Positions 20,586 to 30,315 of a stretch of DNA of 64,000 nt are shown here, piece by piece. The stretch lies in assembly GCA_049510745.1 (NCBI GenBank), contig JBEKYR010000005.1:64001-128000 (forward strand), in the 5' to 3' direction. The DNA is from Verrucomicrobiota bacterium (GTDB lineage Bacteria; Verrucomicrobiota; Verrucomicrobiia; Limisphaerales; Palsa-1400). The translations under genes and the position numbers were made by a program. Below the pieces are notes generated by a model. It was given only the letters and a program-made list of their open reading frames with translations, ran no database searches and was not told the DNA's origin. The first letter of the stretch is position 1, and the number at the start of each line of letters is the position of its first letter.

Positions 20586-22576
20586 GCCGGTTGCTCCTCG
20601 CGGCGCGCGGTTTTGGGGGCCGGACGGATTGGGTCCGGCGGGGGCGGCTTGGCCGGCAGGATCAGAATCGCTTCGGCAATCAAAAGCAGAAGCATGGCAA
20701 AGGCAAAGAGCCGCCAGATTTCGCCCTGCAATTGGCCGGCGCCGAAGGGGTGCTCCTGCCAGGTTTGCACGGGCAGATCGCCAAAAAGTTTCCGGGCTTC
20801 GTCGCTGTCAATAATTTCCGGATCGTCCTCCGCCGCCGGGCGGTTGACCGCGATGAGCCGGTCCCCCGCGCGATACACCCCCGCCTGCCAGCGGATGTCC
20901 TTGGGCGTGGTGGAATCGAGCGAGACCCACTGGCGGGTCTGATCGACCGCGCCCAGCTCGCCGCAAGCGACGGTGGAAACCTGCTGCAAGCGGCGGCCGC
21001 CGGCCAAAAGCAGCCGCTGCAACATCGGCACGAGCACCGGCCCGTCCCCCAGACTGGACCAATCGGGATGCGGCAGGGAGGAACAGAAATAGACCTCTCC
21101 CCTGCCGGCGCTTTGCCGCGCCAGGAACGCCGCGCCATCCTCGAACGCGGCCAGGACATTCTTCCGGCCGGTTATGGCCTGTCGGCGCGCGAATGAGGTT
21201 TGCGAGAGCGGCAGGCTGAAATGTTCATCGCTGCGGGCCAGCGGCCCTTCGTCCTCGTTCCAGCGCAAAATGTGAAAACCCTCCGGCCCCGCGGCATTTT
21301 GCGCCTCGCCCCATCCCAGGCCGTTGAACTGTCGCCCGTCCGCCTGGCCCGGCGGAAAGAAAATGACGACTCCGCCCTCCTCCACGAAGGCCCGCACGCG
21401 GTCGGCGTCGGCCCCGGCGGGCAAGGGCGCCTGCCAGAGCAACAGCGAGACGCCGTCGAGGGGGGCGTTGGGAAATTCCGCCGTCGGAATCCACTCCGCC
21501 GGCTCGGCGTTGCGGGCGGCGGCGGCAAAGCGCAAGGCGCGCGCCGCGTCCTTCTCCGCGCTCACCGCCACGGCCCGCAACGGTGTGTCCGGGCCATAGA
21601 CAAAATAGGCCGTGTTATCGCGCAAGTTGGCGTCCGCCGGCAGGGCGAAGCTCCCCCAGCCGCCCTCGCGCCGCGCGCCCAGATCGATCTTGCGGCGCCA
21701 GCGCAGGGCCGGCCCGTCCAGCGCGACCTCCGTCTCCGAGCGGGCGCCGTCGAGCGTGAGGGTGACGGGCAAGGTGGCCGGGGCGGCGCGATTGCGCTGA
21801 ACGTCCAGAACCACCTGCAGCTCGGAGGCCTCGCCGCGCGGGCGGCGCAGCAGTTCCTGGATGGAAATGGAGGCGTTGGCTTCCGGCGCCTGCTTGAGTT
21901 CAAGCAGGCGGACGCGGACCTTTTGCGACAATCCCCCGAGTTGGGCGAGGACGTTCTTCCAGCGCGCGTCCTCCGGCATCCAATTGCTCCGCTGGTTGTC
22001 GGAAGCGATCCAGATTTCCGCCGCGCCGGCGCGGTTTTCCACCAGCCAGTCGAAGGCGGCGCGGAGCATCGCGGGCAGGTCGGCGGCGGTGTCGCTCGGG
22101 CCGGCGACGGGCAATTGGGCCAGGTTGGCGGCCCGGGCGATTTCCTGGGGGGAACGGGTGGCGCTGTCAATGAGAACGAGGTGGCTGGTTTCCTCGAATT
22201 CTTTGGCCGCGTTAGTCAACACTTGGATTGCCTGCTGCCGTTTGCTGGTCCCGCCGGTTTGCGTTTCCATGCTGGCGGAGCGGTCCAGCAGGATGAGGAT
22301 GGCGTCCGGCGCGGGCGAGAGCGCCCAGCCGAGCCAGCCGCCCGCCAGGGGCCGGGCCAGGAAGAGGATCAGCGCGGCCACCGCCAGCACGCGGCAGGCG
22401 AGGATGAGGAACTGGCGCAGCTTGGCATGGGCGGTCGAACTGCGCGTGGCCGAGACAAGGAAACGCATGGCGGCCCAGGGCTTGGGCCGGTGGCGCATGC
22501 GGTTGAGCAGGTGGATGACGACGGGCACCAGCACCAGCGGCAAACCCAGCAGGACGAATGGTTGCAGAAACGTCAT
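20582..22576 (-). CDS. BatA-domain / vWA protein
   Basis: MTFLQP...PVVIHLLNR...WAAMRFL N-terminus; DRSASM; C-terminal TM helix. Confidence 0.85.
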   Translation of the reverse strand: MTFLQPFVLLGLPLVLVPVVIHLLNRMRHRPKPWAAMRFLVSATRSSTAHAKLRQFLILACRVLAVAALILFLARPLAGGWLGWALSPAPDAILILLDRSASMETQTGGTSKRQQAIQVLTNAAKEFEETSHLVLIDSATRSPQEIARAANLAQLPVAGPSDTAADLPAMLRAAFDWLVENRAGAAEIWIASDNQRSNWMPEDARWKNVLAQLGGLSQKVRVRLLELKQAPEANASISIQELLRRPRGEASELQVVLDVQRNRAAPATLPVTLTLDGARSETEVALDGPALRWRRKIDLGARREGGWGSFALPADANLRDNTAYFVYGPDTPLRAVAVSAEKDAARALRFAAAARNAEPAEWIPTAEFPNAPLDGVSLLLWQAPLPAGADADRVRAFVEEGGVVIFFPPGQADGRQFNGLGWGEAQNAAGPEGFHILRWNEDEGPLARSDEHFSLPLSQTSFARRQAITGRKNVLAAFEDGAAFLARQSAGRGEVYFCSSLPHPDWSSLGDGPVLVPMLQRLLLAGGRRLQQVSTVACGELGAVDQTRQWVSLDSTTPKDIRWQAGVYRAGDRLIAVNRPAAEDDPEIIDSDEARKLFGDLPVQTWQEHPFGAGQLQGEIWRLFAFAMLLLLIAEAILILPAKPPPPDPIRPAPKTARREEQPA

Positions 22577-22610
22577 TGGCTAATCGCGCACGGCCATGAG
22601 GGCTGCGGGG

Positions 22611-23534
22611 CTAAGGCGACGCCGCGGCCAGGGCGGCGCGCTCGACCAGGAAATCCGCCAGGACCTTCTCGTAACCCTGGTCGGTGACGACCCGGCGGTA
22701 ATCGGCGCCGAATTCGTGGCAACCGGCGCGCAGCCGCTCCAGGAACATCCCGATTTGCCGCAGGTATTCGTCCCGGATGCTGGCCGGCTCGGTCACGATG
22801 CTGGAGGAACTCTCCAGATCGACAAAGCGCACCGGGCGGTCGAATTGAAATTCCAACTCCGAACGGTCCAGCAATTGAAAGACCGCCAAATCGTGTTTTT
22901 GAAAGCGCAAATGCTGAAAACAATTCAAAAGCGCGTCCAGCTCGCAAAAAAAATCCGAGAGCACGATGACCAGCGCCCGCCGCCGCACCTTTTCCGCGAC
23001 ATCATGCAGGGCGGCGATCAAGCCGGTCGGACCGCGCGGCTGGGCCGTTTCCAGCGCCTCAAAAATCGTGCGCAAATGGGCGGGATTGCGCCGGGGCGGC
23101 ACTTCGAGGAAGGTCTTGCCCGCCGCGCACAGCAAGCCGACGGCGTCCCCCTGGTGGGCGGTGATGTAGGCCAGGGTCGCGACCAGGCGCTTGGCGTAAT
23201 CGAGTTTGGTGAACAGCCCGTTGCCAAACTTCATCGACCCGCTGCAATCGAGGACGAAATAGCAGCGCAAATTGGTTTCGGCCTCGAACTCCTTGAGAAA
23301 AAAGCGGTCGGTGCGCGCGAACACGCGCCAATCCAGCCGCCGGATGTCGTCGCCCGGCACGTAATTGCGGTATTCGGCAAACTCGACGCTGGAGCCGCGA
23401 TGGGGGCTTTTGTGCAGGCCGGAAACGGAGCCTTCCATGGGCGAGCGGGCCTGGAGCGAGAGGTGCATCAAGCGATTGAGCACCTGCGAATCCAGAAACT
23501 GGGGCGCCTCAGCCACGATGCTTGTCTCCGCCAA
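22611..23534 (-). CDS. DUF58 domain protein (vWA-like)
   Basis: GSSVEFAEYRNYVPGDDIRRLDW, KEFEAET, DCSGSM; start may be GTG 23516. Confidence 0.92.
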   Translation of the reverse strand: MAETSIVAEAPQFLDSQVLNRLMHLSLQARSPMEGSVSGLHKSPHRGSSVEFAEYRNYVPGDDIRRLDWRVFARTDRFFLKEFEAETNLRCYFVLDCSGSMKFGNGLFTKLDYAKRLVATLAYITAHQGDAVGLLCAAGKTFLEVPPRRNPAHLRTIFEALETAQPRGPTGLIAALHDVAEKVRRRALVIVLSDFFCELDALLNCFQHLRFQKHDLAVFQLLDRSELEFQFDRPVRFVDLESSSSIVTEPASIRDEYLRQIGMFLERLRAGCHEFGADYRRVVTDQGYEKVLADFLVERAALAAASP

Positions 23535-24576
23535 TCTCCTCCAGCAGCCGGGCGATGATTTCGATGCTGCTGACCCCTTCGGACTGGGCCTGGAAATTGG
23601 TCAGGATGCGATGCGTCAGCACGGGCGCGGCGACCGCTTCCAAATCCTCCATGCGCACCAGGTAACTGCCGTGCAGGACGGCGCGGGCCTTGGCGCCGCG
23701 AATTAAATACTGCACCGCGCGCGGCCCCGCTCCCCACGTCACCCATTTCTTGATCCACTCCGCCGCCGCCTCCTCCCGCGGGCGCGTCCGCCGCACCAGA
23801 TCGACCGCCAGATCGTAGATGTGATCGGGCACCGGCACCCGCTGCATCACTTCCTGGAAAGCCATGACCTGCCCGCCGTCGATTCGTTTGGACAATTGCG
23901 GCGGAGCGGCGCCGGTCGTCTCCCGCGCAATCCGTCGCTCCTCCTCGCGATTGGGATAATCGACCTGGATAAAAAACATGAAGCGATCCAACTGCGCCTC
24001 CGGCAGCGGATAGGTCCCCTCCTGCTCGATGGGGTTTTGCGTGGCCAGGACAAAGAAAGGCGAGGGCAGCGAAAAAAAGCGGCCCGCCACCGTCACCCGA
24101 TGCTCCTGCATCGCCTCCAGCAGCGCCGACTGCGTTTTCGGCGGCGTGCGATTGATTTCGTCGGCCAGGATGATGTTGGCAAAGAGCGGCCCCTTGACGA
24201 AGACAAAGGCGCGGCGTCCGGGCTGGTCGGTTTCCTGGAGAATGTCCGTGCCGGTAATGTCCGAGGGCATCAGGTCGGGGGTGAACTGGATGCGGTTGAA
24301 TTGGAGCGACATCGCCTGGGCGAGGGAATTGACGATGGTGGTTTTGGCCAGGCCGGGCACGCCCATCAACAGGCCGTGTCCGCGCGCCAGGACGCAGATG
24401 AGCAAGCGTTCGATCACAATGTCCTGGCCGATGATGACCCTGGCCAGTTCGGCGCGGAGGTTCTTGTAAGTCTCCCGCAACTGATCAATCGCGGTCACAT
24501 CGTCGTTGGACAGGGCGGCAGGCGCGGGGGCGGCGGCAGCGGGACGGGGGCGATTGGCCAGCGTTTGATCGGTCAT
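23509..24576 (-). CDS. moxR: MoxR family AAA+ ATPase
   Basis: GVPGLAKT, RIQFTPDLMPSD, ADEINRTPPKTQSALLEAMQE, ATQNPIEQEGTYPLPEAQLDRF. Confidence 0.95.
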   Translation of the reverse strand: MTDQTLANRPRPAAAAPAPAALSNDDVTAIDQLRETYKNLRAELARVIIGQDIVIERLLICVLARGHGLLMGVPGLAKTTIVNSLAQAMSLQFNRIQFTPDLMPSDITGTDILQETDQPGRRAFVFVKGPLFANIILADEINRTPPKTQSALLEAMQEHRVTVAGRFFSLPSPFFVLATQNPIEQEGTYPLPEAQLDRFMFFIQVDYPNREEERRIARETTGAAPPQLSKRIDGGQVMAFQEVMQRVPVPDHIYDLAVDLVRRTRPREEAAAEWIKKWVTWGAGPRAVQYLIRGAKARAVLHGSYLVRMEDLEAVAAPVLTHRILTNFQAQSEGVSSIEIIARLLEEIGGDKHRG

Positions 24577-24708
24577 AAATAGCCTCTAGTGAAGGCACGG
24601 CGGCGCGGCAGGTCAATTCCAGAATGAAAAAAACGGCGGCGGCGGGAAGCCGGGCAAATCTTGCGCTTTCGCCCTGCTGTCCAAAAATCGTTCACTTTCG
24701 GAAACGAA

Positions 24709-24791
24709 TTGACAGGATGAACAGGATGAACAGGATGCGGAAATGGAAGAACAACCGGACTTTATCCTGTAAATCCTGTTCATCCTGTCAA
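24709..24791. repeat. Inverted repeat with 9-bp periodic arms (ACAGGATGA-type), 28-bp arms
   Basis: TTGACAGGATGAACAGGATGAACAGGAT (24709-24736) vs ATCCTGTAAATCCTGTTCATCCTGTCAA (24764-24791), 2 mismatches. Confidence 0.85.
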
Positions 24792-25076
24792 AACGTCTTT
24801 TTTGGTTGCGGCTGGCCGCGCTACGCCTTATGCCCTGCATTTCGTCTGGTCAGCAAAGAGGAAAAAGATCGGGTCCGGCAAGTCTGGCGACCAGGGCTTA
24901 CCGGTCCGGTGCTGGGGAATCGGGGGGATGTTAAGGAAAGAGGGACAAACCGGCGCAATGCGCCGACGCCGGCAACCCACCCCAAAACGCCAAGTTCCTA
25001 GGCCTGACCCTTTGGCTTTCCACGGCAGGGTGAAATTCGCTGCGGGACCAATTCCGCCGGCGGCTGGAAGGTCAGT

Positions 25077-25102
25077 GGACGCGGGGCACCGGCGTCCCTA
25101 CC
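25077..25102. repeat. REP-like short palindrome ending in CCCTACC
   Basis: GGACGC-GGGGCACCG-GCGTCC-CTACC; the reverse strand begins GGTAG, like GTAG-type REPs. Confidence 0.45.
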
Positions 25103-25301
25103 GGATAGGGGTTCCGGAAAAGTCGCCAGGGATTGGGGGGATGGGGAAACCACGGCGGGGCGGGTGACGAAAAATCTCAAAACTTTGCCGCAAAAGTCCA
25201 TTGTGTTGCCACGACCGAAAGCGGTAGGTTCGATTCATGTCGATGCCAGAGCCGTCGCTGGACTGGAGTCGCTGAAACGATTATTAAGACCTTTTTTCAA
25301 C

Positions 25302-26930
25302 ATGCAGACGAAATCATTGCCCCTCCGACATGTTTATCTGATGGCCAACGGCGACCTTCGCCTCAGCGCCAACCAGAAATGCTGGCCCGTCCAGGCCAAA
25401 ATGGAGGCCCTCCTGGCCAAATCCCTCCAAGCCGAAGGTTGGACGTGCGTCCGCGCCCATCCGTTCGACCGGGCCAAAAACCACGGCTTCATCGATTCCC
25501 AAAAAATGGGCATGGAGGTCTTCCGCAAACTGGATCGCACCGCGCCGTTGATCGTGGCGGAAACAGTCTGGCAATACAGCCATCACCTGTTGCATGGGCT
25601 TTACACGCATCGAGGCCCCATTCTCACGGTGGCCAATTGGAGCGGGACCTGGCCGGGGTTGGTCGGCATGTTGAATCTCAACGGTTCCATGACCAAGGCG
25701 GGCATCGCCTACAGCTCGCTCTGGAGCGAGGATTTTGCGGACGGTTTTTTTGAAAAGGGCCTGCGCCAATGGCTCAACGCCGGCGTCCTGACCCACGATC
25801 AAAGCCATGTACGCGATCTGCAAAACGTCAGACTGCCCCAGGCGGACGAGGAACTGGGCCGCCGGGTGGGCCGCCAGTTCAAGGAGAACAAAGCCATCCT
25901 GGGGGTTTTCGACGAAGGCTGCATGGGTATGTTCAACGCCATCATCCCGGACGAACTGCTTCACCCCACCGGCGTCTTCAAAGAGCGCCTCAGCCAGTCC
26001 AGCCTCTTCGCCGCCATGCGGGAGGTAACCGACGCCGAGGCGCGGGCGGTGCTGGCCTGGTACGTGAAGAAAGGGGTGACTTTCCATTGGGGCAAGAACG
26101 AACAAACCGAATTGACCAAGGCCCAAACCCTGCAGCAATGCAAAATGTACATTGCCGCGATGCGCCTGGCCGATGAATTCGGCTGCGCCACCATCGGCAT
26201 TCAGTATCAGCAAGGGTTGAAGGACCTGGCCCCGGCCAGCGATCTGGCCGAAGGCACCCTCAACAACGTGGATCGTCCGCCCGTCAAGTCCGCCCGCACC
26301 GGACGCCTGCTCTACCCCGGGGAAGCGTTGCCGCACTTCAACGAAGTCGATGAATGCGCCGGCCTGGACGGGCTGGCCACCTACCGCCTCTGGCGCGAGC
26401 TGGGCTATCCGCCCGAAAACACGCTGCACGACTTGCGCTGGGGCCAGCAGTTCCAGGAGAACGGATTCAATGAATTTGTCTGGGTGCTCCTCATTTCCGG
26501 CGCCGCCCCGCCCGCGCATTTCATCGGCGGCTGGAAAGGCGCCTCCAGCGAACGCCAGCCGCCCATGTATTTTCGCCTCGGCGGCGGCACGCTCAAAGGC
26601 ATCAGCAAGCCCGGCCACATCGTTTGGAGCCGCATTTTCATCATGGGCGGCAAGCTCCATTGCGACCTGGGCGTGGCCCGGGTGGTCAAACTGCCGCGTC
26701 AGGAAACGGAGCGGCGCTGGCTGGAAACCACCGCGCAATGGCCCATCATGCACGCCTGCTTCGACGGCATCTCGCGCGATCAGATGATGGCCCGCCATAA
26801 ATCCAACCACATCCAAGTCGTTTATGCGCCCGACGAGAAAAAGGCCCGTCGCGCCTGCCGGGTCAAAGCCGCCATGCTGGCCGAACTGGGCCTCGAGGTC
26901 CATTTCTGCGGCCCGGTCGGCCTCGAGTGA
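25302..26930 (+). CDS. L-fucose/L-arabinose isomerase-like protein
   Basis: ANWSGTWPGLVG, FDEGCMGM, GIQYQQGL, PHFNEVDEC, TLHDLRWG, HKSNHIQV; start refined to ATG 25302. Confidence 0.75.
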   Translation: MQTKSLPLRHVYLMANGDLRLSANQKCWPVQAKMEALLAKSLQAEGWTCVRAHPFDRAKNHGFIDSQKMGMEVFRKLDRTAPLIVAETVWQYSHHLLHGLYTHRGPILTVANWSGTWPGLVGMLNLNGSMTKAGIAYSSLWSEDFADGFFEKGLRQWLNAGVLTHDQSHVRDLQNVRLPQADEELGRRVGRQFKENKAILGVFDEGCMGMFNAIIPDELLHPTGVFKERLSQSSLFAAMREVTDAEARAVLAWYVKKGVTFHWGKNEQTELTKAQTLQQCKMYIAAMRLADEFGCATIGIQYQQGLKDLAPASDLAEGTLNNVDRPPVKSARTGRLLYPGEALPHFNEVDECAGLDGLATYRLWRELGYPPENTLHDLRWGQQFQENGFNEFVWVLLISGAAPPAHFIGGWKGASSERQPPMYFRLGGGTLKGISKPGHIVWSRIFIMGGKLHCDLGVARVVKLPRQETERRWLETTAQWPIMHACFDGISRDQMMARHKSNHIQVVYAPDEKKARRACRVKAAMLAELGLEVHFCGPVGLE

Positions 26931-27027
26931 AATGTCCCCTCTTTCCATCAGGGCTTAGGGTCGTGGCGAGGGAGATTAAGGACGTGACGACTGATCGGAT
27001 GATGCTACCCTCCCCGGAACAGACTCG

Positions 27028-28383
27028 ATGAACACAAGACTCAAATCGCGCCGGAGCTTCATCAAAACCGCGGCGCTGGCGATGCCCCTGGCCATTGCCG
27101 GCTGCAACGTCGCGCCGCGTGCAACGGGCGGACGCAAGGACTTTGCCTCCGTCCGCAACGGCCGATTCGAACTGCGCGGCCGCCCCTATTTTTTTGTCGG
27201 CGCCAGTCTTTGGTACGGATGTTATCTGAGCGATCCGGCCCTGGCCGGCGGGCGCGCGCGGATGACGCGCGAATTGGACCGGTTGCGGGAAATGGGCGTG
27301 GACAACCTCCGGCTGCTGGCAGGATCGGAGAGTTCGCCGCTGGCGGGGGCGATTCGGCGCGGCATCACCAAGGCGCCGCTGGAGTGGGACGAGGACCTGC
27401 TGCGCGGGCTGGATTTCTGCCTGGCGGAAATGGCCAAACGCGACATGCGGGGCGTTCTATTTGTTTCCAACTATTGGCAATGGTCGGGCAGTTTTGCCCA
27501 GTATGTGCGGTGGATCACCGGGGAGAACATCCCCGACCCGGACCTCCCCATGATGGCCGCCGGGGATTGGGGCGGGTTCATGCGGTTTTCGGCCAGGTTC
27601 TACTCGATTCCCGCGGCCAACCATCTCTATCGCGAATATGTCACCCGCCTGATCCATCGGCGCAACACCGTCAACGGCCGCATTTATCGCGACGACCCGG
27701 CCATCATGACGTGGGAACTGGCCAACGAACCGCGCCCCGGCACCAACGTGGCGGCGGATGTCCCGGTTTTTTGCCGGTGGGTCGATGAGACCGCGCGGTT
27801 TATTCACGACCAGGACCCCAATCATTTGGTTTGCACCGGATCGGAAGGAATTGTTGGCTGCCTGCAAAAGCCCGAAATATTCGTGCAGGCGCACCAGACG
27901 CCGGCCATCGATTACGTGACCGTCCACATGTGGCTCAAGAACTGGGGCTGGTTGAAGGATCCGTATTTGTCACCCGAATATGAAACGGCGGCCAACAGGG
28001 CCAAAGACCACGTCGAACAACACACCGTGCTGGCCACCGGGACGCTGCACAAACCGCTGGTGCTCGAAGAATTCGGGCTGCCCCGCGACCACGAGAAATA
28101 CACCCCCGAAAGCCCCGCCCTGGCGCGGGACGATTATTACCGGCGCCTGTTCGACCAAGTGGCCGATTCGGCGCGGGCGGAGCGCGCGCTGCAAGGGGCC
28201 AACTTCTGGGCCTGGGGCGGCGAGGGCCGCTCCCGGGCGGGCCAGCCCGAAGCCGCCGCCGCCGCCTTCACCGGCGACCCGTTCTGCGAGCCGCAAGGGC
28301 TGAATTCTGTATTTGACACAGATGCGACCACCCGGGCCGTCATCGCCAGGGCCAACGAAAAGCTGCGCGCGCTGGTTGCGTGA
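27028..28383 (+). CDS. Glycoside hydrolase family 5 (beta-mannanase/mannosidase-like), Tat-exported
   Basis: SRRSFIK Tat motif; WELANEPR acid/base and LEEFG nucleophile motifs. Confidence 0.88.
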   Translation: MNTRLKSRRSFIKTAALAMPLAIAGCNVAPRATGGRKDFASVRNGRFELRGRPYFFVGASLWYGCYLSDPALAGGRARMTRELDRLREMGVDNLRLLAGSESSPLAGAIRRGITKAPLEWDEDLLRGLDFCLAEMAKRDMRGVLFVSNYWQWSGSFAQYVRWITGENIPDPDLPMMAAGDWGGFMRFSARFYSIPAANHLYREYVTRLIHRRNTVNGRIYRDDPAIMTWELANEPRPGTNVAADVPVFCRWVDETARFIHDQDPNHLVCTGSEGIVGCLQKPEIFVQAHQTPAIDYVTVHMWLKNWGWLKDPYLSPEYETAANRAKDHVEQHTVLATGTLHKPLVLEEFGLPRDHEKYTPESPALARDDYYRRLFDQVADSARAERALQGANFWAWGGEGRSRAGQPEAAAAAFTGDPFCEPQGLNSVFDTDATTRAVIARANEKLRALVA

Positions 28384-28450
28384 CCGGCACAGGTCATTCC
28401 CCGTCGGGAATGGCCTTGATAGTTCCTTCGACTCCTTCTTAAATGGAGCC

Positions 28451-29794
28451 GTGACTACGAAAGTTTTTTTCATTTCGCGCCGTTCCTTCCTGAAACGCTG
28501 TTCGCTGGCGGCCGCCGCCACGGGCCTGCCCGCCTGGTTCGTCGAACGCGACCTGGCCGAGGCCGCCCCGGCGCCCAAACTTGGGCCTAACGACCGTCCC
28601 GCCATCGCCCTTATCGGGTGCGGCGGCATGGGCCGCGCCGACGCCGGCAACGCCCGGCGCTTCGGCGATCTGGTCGCCGTGTGCGACGTCGATGACAGCC
28701 ACGCCGCCGCCGCCGCCGAACAATTCTCCGCCGACGGCAAAAAGCCTGTCATATACAATGATTTCCGCAAGGTCATGGCGCGGCGCGACATCCACGCCAT
28801 TATCAACGCCACGCCCGACCATTGGCACACGCTGATCAACCTGGCGGCCGCCAAGGCGGGCAAGGACGCTTACGGCGAGAAACCGCTGACCCTGACCATC
28901 GGAGAAGGACAGCGCCTCGTGCGCGCCGTGCGCAAGAGCAGGATCGTTTTTCAAACCGGCACGCAGCAGCGCAGCAGCGCGCGGTTCCGTCTGGCGTGCG
29001 AACTGGTGCGCAACGGGCGGATTGGCCGGCTCAGGCAAATCACCGTCTGGCTGCCCGCCGGCTTGCGCGGCGGTCCGTTTTCCGCCAAACCGGTGCCGGC
29101 GGGATTGAACTGGGATTTCTGGCTCGGCCAGGCGCCCAAAGTCGAGTACGTGCCGCAACGCTGCCATTCGACTTTCCGGTATTGGTACGATTATGCCGGC
29201 GGAACCATGACCGATTGGGGGCCGCACCACAACGACATCGTCCTCTGGGCCTTGGGCCTGCCTGGACCGGTGACGGTGGAGGCGACGCACTCGAGCGAGC
29301 CGATTCCCGGCGGTTACACCGCTTACAGCGATTACGAGGTCCATTTCACCTACGCCAACGGCGTGCGCCACACGGTCAAGAGCACGCGCGACGACACCAT
29401 TTACGGCGCCATTGTCAACGAAACCGGCCAGCGCAACGGGATCAAGTTCGAGGGCGACAACGGCTGGATATGGGTCAACCGCGAGGAACTCGAAGCCGGC
29501 GACGAATCCCTGCTTTCCACGCCGCTGCCGGCCGGAGCGCTGCGGCTCTACAAGAGCGACGATCACATGAGGAATTTCTTCGAGTGCATCCGTTCCCGCC
29601 AATTGCCTGTGGCGGACGTGGAAGCGGGCCATCGCTCGGCGTCGATCTGCCATCTTGGGGTGATTTCCCTGCGCCTGGGCCGCAAACTGCAATGGGACCC
29701 CGCGCGCGAAGAATTCACCGGCGAAGGCGCCAGGGAAGCCCGCGCCTTCCTCACCCGCGAAATGCGCAAGCCCTTCAACTATCACTTCGCGTGA
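28451..29794 (+). CDS. Gfo/Idh/MocA oxidoreductase with Tat signal
   Basis: SRRSFLK, IGCGGMG, ATPDHWH, EKPL, QTGTQQRS; GTG start estimated. Confidence 0.92.
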   Translation: MTTKVFFISRRSFLKRCSLAAAATGLPAWFVERDLAEAAPAPKLGPNDRPAIALIGCGGMGRADAGNARRFGDLVAVCDVDDSHAAAAAEQFSADGKKPVIYNDFRKVMARRDIHAIINATPDHWHTLINLAAAKAGKDAYGEKPLTLTIGEGQRLVRAVRKSRIVFQTGTQQRSSARFRLACELVRNGRIGRLRQITVWLPAGLRGGPFSAKPVPAGLNWDFWLGQAPKVEYVPQRCHSTFRYWYDYAGGTMTDWGPHHNDIVLWALGLPGPVTVEATHSSEPIPGGYTAYSDYEVHFTYANGVRHTVKSTRDDTIYGAIVNETGQRNGIKFEGDNGWIWVNREELEAGDESLLSTPLPAGALRLYKSDDHMRNFFECIRSRQLPVADVEAGHRSASICHLGVISLRLGRKLQWDPAREEFTGEGAREARAFLTREMRKPFNYHFA

Positions 29795-29804
29795 AGCCGC
29801 GCGG

Positions 29805-30308
29805 TTACCACGTCCCGTCCACCAGAAGGGAGACGGCGTTTCGCGCCAGGTCGTCGGTCAGCATCGGGATGGCTTGGCGCTCGGCGCTGCTTTGATCGTA
29901 GCCGAGGCGGATGTAGGTGCGGCCCGACACGTTGCGCTCGAAGTTGATCTTGCCGCTGTGCGCCTCCCTGGCCACCAGGTGGGCCACCAGCGTGAGGGTG
30001 TATTCCTGCGGCGTGAGCACGTCGTTGGTCTGGTAGGACAGTCCCGTGCGGTCAAACCGGATGATTTCGCCCGTCATCAGAATGTCCGCCCCGCCCGCGG
30101 TGGCGAGGCGGAAGGTGCCGTCCTGCTGGAGTTGGCGGCGGAGGGAGGCGGCCAGGTATTCGCTCACGCGCGGTTCGCGGGTGCGATTGACGAAAGGGTT
30201 CACCTGCACTGAACGGCTGCCGGCGGGCAGGCCGTTGGTCGGCCCGAGTTTGTAGCCGGCGCACCCCGCCAGCGCGAGGGCCAGGATGGACAAGAGCAGC
30301 CGGCGCAT
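29805..30308 (-). CDS. lptE: LptE-like LPS assembly lipoprotein
   Basis: LAGC lipobox followed by AGYKLG; FVNRTREP; downstream of bamD-like gene. Confidence 0.75.
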   Translation of the reverse strand: MRRLLLSILALALAGCAGYKLGPTNGLPAGSRSVQVNPFVNRTREPRVSEYLAASLRRQLQQDGTFRLATAGGADILMTGEIIRFDRTGLSYQTNDVLTPQEYTLTLVAHLVAREAHSGKINFERNVSGRTYIRLGYDQSSAERQAIPMLTDDLARNAVSLLVDGTW

Positions 30309-30315
30309 GTTCCTC

